The position numbers were made by a program, and so were the translations under genes. The notes under the pieces are model-generated. The model was not told the DNA's origin and did not search any database. It saw only the letters and a program-made list of their open reading frames with translations. From an uncultured virus (IMG/VR IMGVR_UViG_3300049846_001482) (lineage: Duplodnaviria > Heunggongvirae > Uroviricota > Caudoviricetes), in the IMG/VR virus record IMGVR_UViG_3300049846_001482: DNA of 64,000 nucleotides; one strand, 5' to 3'. Of this stretch, positions 57,788 through 64,000 are shown piece by piece. How positions within the stretch are numbered: position 1 is the stretch's first letter; every line of letters begins with the position of its first letter.

Positions 57788-59715
57788 GCCATCTTCCTAA
57801 AGCTGATCGGAGAGAGGCTTGCCATTCCTGGAGCCATTCCTGGACCCGATGGACCGGCTGGAGGTGCAGCAGGGGAGGCTTGCATTGGAGTTCCTGCCTG
57901 CTGAGGATTGGTCTTCTTTACCGAATCCCTTTGCTTCTCCAAGTCCTGCTTTCTCATCCTAAGTTGTTCCATCTGACCAGTCATGGTCTTCATTTGCTCG
58001 TCAATTGCATTGATCTGGTCTTGGTAGCCCTGACGTTGCTGGTTGTAGGCATCCCCAGCTTGTCCAAAGGCGTGAATGAACTCGTCGTCCATAGATCCTG
58101 AGGCTTCCATGCCAGATGGTCTGACCCAGATGAAGTCTTTGGTCTCGCTATCTTTGGCAAGGTGTCCTTCTTTGTCCAATTTAGGAACCCAGCCCCTTCT
58201 CTTCAAGATGGCCTTAGCCAAACGCCTGATGTCTGTAGCATAGCCAGTTACAGCCGCCCTCATAAGAACCCAATCTGGTGTTGCTGGATTCATGATGGCT
58301 GCAGTGATGATTTCCTTGTCTTGCATGAAGTCTTCTTCATCCATCTGCTTGGCTTTGGCTAGAACAGCCTCATCTTCTCTCATGGCTTCTGGAAGAGACT
58401 CAATGTATTGCTCAGCTCTGGTTTTGCCAGACTTATCAACCCTCTGATTCTTCGAGAGATTCATCAAGACAGACCAGTGAGCCTTTTCATTGGAAGCCTC
58501 TGACAACTTGCGTTCTTTTGTCATAGCCCTTGGCTTAGTACCTTTCTCTAGGTCTTTGGTCTCAAATTTGCCCTTCTCAAGATTGAAAGGCTGGTTTGTG
58601 ACAACATCTTCACCCCAACTGGATGGAGCATCTTCCATCATGGTTGGGATGTCTTTGTTGACGGTCTTTTCGGCAGGTGGATCAAGCAACATGTAGATGG
58701 CATGTCCCTTTCTCCACGTCATAGGCTTGCTGTTAAGGGCATCCAAAGAGCGAATGATGTTGTCTTCGCTGATGCCTCTGGACTCCAGCTCTTTATAGAC
58801 TGGGCTATTCTTCAATTCGTCAATTGAGATTGTGTCTACGTTGGGTCCAATAGTCTTGGCTTGATAACTCTTTGTGTGATGGTGTCTCATCAACCATTCT
58901 CTGCTGTGTCTATCTTTGGCAGAGACTTCTGGAAGGACTATCTCTTTGCGAATCTTGAAGATGACATCCTTGATGTTGCTGATGGCTGGCTCCAAGACCT
59001 TCTCAAAGTATCTTGAAATACCATCGGCACCACGGTATTGGTCAATAACAGATAGGTCTCTCTTGACATAACCATTGGCTGCGTCAAGAAGGATGAGTCG
59101 GCTCTTTAGCTTATTGATCTCATTGAGGAGTTCGAAGGCTCTGAATATCTTAGATTCCCTGAGTCTCTTCTCTTTCTCATAAGCCTTCTTCTTATCCTTG
59201 TTTGAAGGGTCTGCCTGCATGTCGTCATAAAGACGATTGATGGTCTGTTCGTCGCTAAGATATTCCTCTATCTCGTTCTTCTCTTTCTGAAGAGGCAACA
59301 ACTCGTGCATGGTCTTACGGGTTGCAGCAGCGACCTTCTCGCTGACACCCTCTTGCATGGGGATGATGACATCGTTTAGAATGCCACCACGCAACTCCTC
59401 TTCCTCTTCGGGGGTGATGGGGTCGGTCTGAGCCATCTTGGTGAGGTATATCTTTATCTTACGAGCAGTAACACTTAGGACATCCTCAATTGAAGCAGCA
59501 GCGGTTACGGCCTCTGGGGTAGATGGAAAAAGCTTCTCAACCTGCTCTCTAATAATAGAGGTGAGTTCAAGTATGTCACCCAAGGTTGCTTGCTTCCTCA
59601 CTTCATTAGCAAGTTCCATGGCCGTCTCTGGTGCAATATGAACTCCATGCTGTTTACCCTTTTCGATAAACGCATGAGCTAGATCAGCCTCTTGCCATGT
59701 AACGCTCTGATTCAT
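57784..59715 (-). CDS. large coiled-coil protein, probable virion/internal protein
   Basis: 643-aa ORF; GGAGG SD; Pro/Gln-rich tail. Confidence 0.65.
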   Translation of the reverse strand: MNQSVTWQEADLAHAFIEKGKQHGVHIAPETAMELANEVRKQATLGDILELTSIIREQVEKLFPSTPEAVTAAASIEDVLSVTARKIKIYLTKMAQTDPITPEEEEELRGGILNDVIIPMQEGVSEKVAAATRKTMHELLPLQKEKNEIEEYLSDEQTINRLYDDMQADPSNKDKKKAYEKEKRLRESKIFRAFELLNEINKLKSRLILLDAANGYVKRDLSVIDQYRGADGISRYFEKVLEPAISNIKDVIFKIRKEIVLPEVSAKDRHSREWLMRHHHTKSYQAKTIGPNVDTISIDELKNSPVYKELESRGISEDNIIRSLDALNSKPMTWRKGHAIYMLLDPPAEKTVNKDIPTMMEDAPSSWGEDVVTNQPFNLEKGKFETKDLEKGTKPRAMTKERKLSEASNEKAHWSVLMNLSKNQRVDKSGKTRAEQYIESLPEAMREDEAVLAKAKQMDEEDFMQDKEIITAAIMNPATPDWVLMRAAVTGYATDIRRLAKAILKRRGWVPKLDKEGHLAKDSETKDFIWVRPSGMEASGSMDDEFIHAFGQAGDAYNQQRQGYQDQINAIDEQMKTMTGQMEQLRMRKQDLEKQRDSVKKTNPQQAGTPMQASPAAPPAGPSGPGMAPGMASLSPISFRKMA

Positions 59716-59729
59716 TGATTTGCCTCCGC

Positions 59730-60104
59730 TTAGTACTTTATGGTTCTGTCCTTGTGTTCAATTTTGGTTCTGCTCATATCGGGTCTCATCTTCTTGCAGA
59801 TGTATTCGACAGCTATCTTGGCGCTGCCCTCGTTACCGCAAGTAAATGAGTCTACCCAAGCAAATGCATGTTCTGGACTGTAGTGAATGCTGAGATGACT
59901 TTCCGACAAAAAGAGGACGCCAGACAGACCTTGTGGTTCAAACTTCTTCCAATTCTCTGCTATGACGTGCATCTTGGCTTTTTTGGCCGCAGCGTGAAAT
60001 ATTTCTTGCATCTTCTCGATGGAGTCTAACTTAAATGGATCCTTGATACCTACGATGTCTGCAATGACGTGAGTTCCTACTTCGCTGCCTTTGAATTTTT
60101 CCAA
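59730..60104 (-). CDS. speD: S-adenosylmethionine decarboxylase proenzyme
   Basis: GTHVIAD, FEPQGLSG, LSESHLSIH, DSFTCG. Confidence 0.92.
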   Translation of the reverse strand: MEKFKGSEVGTHVIADIVGIKDPFKLDSIEKMQEIFHAAAKKAKMHVIAENWKKFEPQGLSGVLFLSESHLSIHYSPEHAFAWVDSFTCGNEGSAKIAVEYICKKMRPDMSRTKIEHKDRTIKY

Positions 60105-60370
60105 TTTCCGCCTTGTCTCCTTTTGTTGGTTGAGTTAGTCCTCCGATTCATCGGAGAGTTTATACTCTTTAAGTATATCATCTCTTTCGCTTAAACGCCA
60201 AGCTCTTTTGTCTCTCTTGGATAGCCTACAAAAGCCGCAACGATTCAGACCGCTTGCGGTTCTGACGTTGTATTCGCAGCCCCCACAGTCCTCTCTTGGA
60301 ACATCGTTCTGGTAGAGAGGACAAGAGACAAATTCTCGCCTGGAGATACCCATTTTATCAAAACTTCCTT

Positions 60371-60844
60371 TTATCTAAAGAATCGTGAACCTACGTTGGG
60401 GATTAGGTTGTCGGCCACCAAACTCTGGTTGCTTCTGGCGCTGATATCCTGTCTGGCAATATCTACGTTGTCGTTCACACCAGGAACGCCGTTGACATCT
60501 ACACCAAAGACGGTGCTGCCTGCTCTGGACTCTTTGACGGCTGCTTGCTGATTCAAGACGCCATACTGACCCTGGATCAAGCCACCATCGGCATCGTAGG
60601 CAGGAGCATCGCCAGCAAGCTGTTCGCTGTTTCTGACCAATACTCCGTGTGGATTAACTGGCTCACTCAATGAGGCGGCTGTGGCACCGGCTGGGGTGTC
60701 AATGCCATTGCTTCCCTGAGCGGTCTGGAGTTCATTTGGCAAGAGACCAGTGCTTCCATGCAAGATATTGAACTCGCCCTGGGGTCTGATGCTCTGAGTA
60801 ACGAACTCAGTGTTATTTGAATTGAATTGGTCCTGCTTAGACAT
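60371..60844 (-). CDS. hypothetical, probable structural protein
   Basis: N/Q/G-rich 157-aa ORF. Confidence 0.6.
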   Translation of the reverse strand: MSKQDQFNSNNTEFVTQSIRPQGEFNILHGSTGLLPNELQTAQGSNGIDTPAGATAASLSEPVNPHGVLVRNSEQLAGDAPAYDADGGLIQGQYGVLNQQAAVKESRAGSTVFGVDVNGVPGVNDNVDIARQDISARSNQSLVADNLIPNVGSRFFR

Positions 60845-61060
60845 TTTAGATCTCCTCGTTATTCATCAATTTTAGTATGTCTTGAGAATTTAACTGTCTG
60901 GGTTGGGCTGGCTGTGGTGGAGCAATCGTGACACCAGCATTGTCTTTCGAATCACTCAATGGAGTTGTGGTTAGCGTCTGGTCAACAGGGTTTCCGCCAA
61001 CACCTAGTCCAATGTCAGTTTTGTTAAAGGACTTCTCGTAGCCACGTATGTTTGCCATCT

Positions 61061-61525
61061 TTACTCCTTAGGGAATACGTCTTCACGAGTTGTGTAGTAA
61101 ATGATCCTGTGAAGGTTGTAGTATTCCTCAGAAGAACCATCGTCTCCATGTTTCTTGTAAGGTTCTCCCAAAACATCGACACCATGACGGGTCTCTATAT
61201 TGTCAAAAACCTCCTTGAGCTTAGCCAAGTAGGTCTCCCTGTCAGTCTTAGAGTCAATGCCAACGATGATCTCAAACTGGAACTCTTCTCCATCTAGGAT
61301 GTCGTTTTGAACACCAAAGCCTGGGAGAGAAAATCTTTCGGAGTAGATCTTAACGTCACCAAAGAATTCAGACCTCTTCTTGATCTCTTCAAAGGTGTCA
61401 TCAATGATGTGAAACTGAACTGTCTTATACTTGAAGCTAAGACCAGTCAGTTCTGGCTCTGAGCTCGTAGCCTTACGGTAGTTTCTAAGGGTTAGATAGC
61501 TCTTATACAACTCATTGAATGTCAT
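61061..61525 (-). CDS. hypothetical protein
   Basis: 154-aa ORF with ATGA overlap. Confidence 0.65.
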   Translation of the reverse strand: MTFNELYKSYLTLRNYRKATSSEPELTGLSFKYKTVQFHIIDDTFEEIKKRSEFFGDVKIYSERFSLPGFGVQNDILDGEEFQFEIIVGIDSKTDRETYLAKLKEVFDNIETRHGVDVLGEPYKKHGDDGSSEEYYNLHRIIYYTTREDVFPKE

Positions 61526-61884
61526 ACGTCATCTCCATCGTCGTGTCCGCCTTGAAGTAGTCTTAATTTCTCTGGAAGGAAGGGGCACCAACCAAAGCCT
61601 ACCGTTGATGTATCTTGTTGCCATCTTTGTGGGTCGCTGAAGTTTGGCGAAGTGCATTCATACTGAATATGCATCATCGGGGCTTGACGACCTGCTGCCT
61701 CACTAGACCATAGGGCTGGATTAGTTCCGCCGTTGGCTAGTGGATTTCTATTGTTTGTCTTGACGGCCTTGAAGGGACAACTGGTGCAAAAGAATGCAAC
61801 CGTTAACGGGTCAATTGTCCTATCTTGATTAACGTTAAAGGGCTTCGGTGTAAAAATTGAATTTGGGTCATTCGGATCAGGCAT
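61522..61884 (-). CDS. hypothetical Cys-containing protein
   Basis: CTSCPF..C..WCP. Confidence 0.6.
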   Translation of the reverse strand: MPDPNDPNSIFTPKPFNVNQDRTIDPLTVAFFCTSCPFKAVKTNNRNPLANGGTNPALWSSEAAGRQAPMMHIQYECTSPNFSDPQRWQQDTSTVGFGWCPFLPEKLRLLQGGHDDGDDV

Positions 61885-62498
61885 TAAGAACCTACTACAA
61901 TGTTAAGGGTTTGTGTGAAGTTTAGATTCTGGTTGTCGTGGTAATAGGCGTTGCCAGATGCTTTCTGCATCGTGGACTGTCCTAGTGTCAAGACATCTCC
62001 ATTGACAGCGTTCTGGAACTTCGTGGTGCCTGTTCCATCAATGAGATTTCCATCCAAGCGACCACCTACACCTACTGCTGAACCAACGACTGGATTCTTA
62101 GTGAAGGTATAGGAGCTATACATGCCACCGATTGCATCAGAAGACCTAGCAAGGATGCCGGGACCAACTCCCTGAATATGTTCACCGCTTCTAACTGCAA
62201 ACCTGCTCTCAAAGACGTTGGCTGGATCGACCACATAGGAATTCTTGACGATATAGCCATAGTTGAAGATGGAGTTGCCGCTATGGTCAACAATCTTAAC
62301 ATCATAGACACCGGCCGGAATGCTGGTGAAGGCATAGGTGCCATTCATGTCTGTATCACCGGAGGCAATAACAGTCGTCGGATTAGGAGCGAATGGATGC
62401 GCATCGGTATCAGGATTCATGAGCATGACAGGATAGCCGCCTAGAGGCGTATCATTCCTGTCAGTGACTTTTATTCTAACTGTTACTTCGTTGGCCAT
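61884..62498 (-). CDS. Ig/carboxypeptidase-regulatory-like beta-sandwich protein, probable structural
   Basis: V.DRND.PL.G..V..TDMNGTYAF..IPAGVYDV. Confidence 0.65.
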   Translation of the reverse strand: MANEVTVRIKVTDRNDTPLGGYPVMLMNPDTDAHPFAPNPTTVIASGDTDMNGTYAFTSIPAGVYDVKIVDHSGNSIFNYGYIVKNSYVVDPANVFESRFAVRSGEHIQGVGPGILARSSDAIGGMYSSYTFTKNPVVGSAVGVGGRLDGNLIDGTGTTKFQNAVNGDVLTLGQSTMQKASGNAYYHDNQNLNFTQTLNIVVGS

Positions 62499-63056
62499 TG
62501 CTTACTCCTTGGTCTCCGTGTATTTGTCCAGAGTCTTCTTTGTCTTAGTCTCTAGACCGGACAAACCAAATTGATCGAATATCTTGTGTCTGAAACTTTC
62601 AAACTTGTCTGTTGGCACACAGAACTCCGCCAAGACAAGAATCTCTTTCATGACCTTTTTGTTTTCAGAGAGAATTTCTTGTTCGACCTTCTCTCTTTCT
62701 TCTGGTGATAGCATTTTAGTTGTCCTTTTTGGGCGGCTCATTTCTTTCCCTGGGGTTCTTGACGTGAAGAACGGGATCGAAATCGTCACCTAACTGGTTC
62801 AAAGTCTCCCAGTTGGTGAAGTGGTCCATGCCAGGAGCAATGTGTTTTCTTGTGTCGTCCATTTTCAGATCAACAATCGTCTGCAGAGGCTTTGACTCCT
62901 CTGGTTTACCTGTTTGCGGATCCTTGGATTCTGGACTTGCGTTCCAAGGATATTTGTTGGGATTAGCCGCAAATTTAGTGAGCTTTTCCCTAAAGGAGAT
63001 AATCATTTGTGTGTTTGAGCCCTCATACTAAATAGAAAATTATAAAAGAAGATCGT

Positions 63057-63671
63057 TTATACCACATTTTCTTCGTATAACTTTCTGAACTTATTGATAT
63101 CTTTTGAACTTGGCAAAGCATCCTCTGAGAAGGCTTTAGATATCACATTTTCAGAGGATAGGCGGGCATTGACCTCATCGGCAAAGTTGATATCGTCAAT
63201 TCCCTTGAATTTATAGTCGTTTTTAGTCAGGTGATCCAACATCTTCTGTTTGATGTCTGGCTTGATCTTCTTAAAAAGCCTCAAAACCTTCTGTCGATAT
63301 GAGTAGTCCACATAGAATAGGGAGTGGGCTATTTCGTGTTTATAGGTGAGACTATGCTTGCTTTGGAAACACACAATGAAAGCGAACTTGCTACGGGGCT
63401 TTAGGTTGGCTTCCTTTACGGACTTGTAGACCGTCTTTAAAAAGACCTTTTCTGCCTCAGAAAGACTCTTTGGAGAAAAGGCCGATTTAAACCTGCTAAT
63501 GTCTTTGTTGTTGAAACAGTATCCACTCACCACATTACTGGCCAAATAAGACTTGAGGCTTTTCAGCTCAATTTTGGCGTCAATACGAGTGGCGGCCAGA
63601 CACATGCGCTTCTGGTCGGGAAATTTGGCGAAAAAGATCCGAGGCTGAATTTGGGAGATCTCTATAAGCAT
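63057..63671 (-). CDS. HExxH-containing hypothetical protein (paralog of 19488..20123)
   Basis: YKHEIAHSLFY..YRQKV..DEVNA. Confidence 0.65.
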   Translation of the reverse strand: MLIEISQIQPRIFFAKFPDQKRMCLAATRIDAKIELKSLKSYLASNVVSGYCFNNKDISRFKSAFSPKSLSEAEKVFLKTVYKSVKEANLKPRSKFAFIVCFQSKHSLTYKHEIAHSLFYVDYSYRQKVLRLFKKIKPDIKQKMLDHLTKNDYKFKGIDDINFADEVNARLSSENVISKAFSEDALPSSKDINKFRKLYEENVV

Positions 63672-64000
63672 ACCCTTCCCCTATTGTCTTATTTTTTGTT
63701 ACCAAACCACTTCGCATAAATAGCCCAGAAAAGATTGTTTGCAAACGGAGATTCGTACTTGTTCTTTCCTATAATCACTGTCTTGTCGCCAACAAACGGA
63801 GTATAGAAATACAGAGATCTTGTTGCTGCGTTCTTGATGTTTATCTTCCTTAGTTCTGGCTTATCGGTAGTGTAGGCATAGGGGAATTTGAGAGACTGGG
63901 CCTGCTTGAATCTCTTCATGCTTACCGTTACCGCACCCAAAATTTGCTTGTCAACGCCAGCCCACTTTGGATCATCGCCTCTGGGTGGGTCATATGCGCC

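Noticed and set aside
1..64000. Genome-wide stop-codon reassignment (TGA or TAG)
   Set aside because: Conserved genes are intact under code 11, many end in TGA/TAG with tight overlaps, and no suppressor tRNA is present in the window.
1..64000. CRISPR array, rRNA, integrase, transposase or reverse transcriptase
   Set aside because: No regularly spaced repeats or diagnostic motifs seen.

Overview
This is a 64-kb segment of a large (jumbo or huge) tailed bacteriophage genome. Genes are densely packed, almost all on the minus strand, with frequent ATGA start/stop overlaps and standard code 11; one short plus-strand island lies at 54.5-57.1 kb. It encodes a tmRNA, 8 tRNAs, two sigma-70-family factors, three orphan DNA methyltransferases and RNA-repair enzymes (Rnl1-type ligase, Pnkp, two nucleotidyltransferases, cyclic-phosphate receiver). 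It also encodes ADP-ribose erasers (NADAR, macro), auxiliary metabolic genes (thyA, aroK, coaD-HD fusion, speD), an ABC/OmpA/porin/PspA-like envelope operon, an AIPR-like plus PD-(D/E)XK pair, a 9-gene glycosylation cluster and probable virion genes at the right end. The standout observation is an unannotated 28-codon leader peptide at 32397-32483 (minus strand). It has 17 consecutive Asn/Thr/Gly/Val codons, and its end overlaps an antiterminator arm of an intrinsic terminator. Those codons match the seven tRNAs encoded just downstream (Asn-GTT, Gly-TCC, Gly-GCC, Thr-CGT, Thr-GGT, Val-GAC, Thr-TGT). This looks like a ribosome-stalling attenuator that turns on the phage tRNA array when those tRNAs are depleted. 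All protein calls come from motif recognition by eye; no database searches were run.
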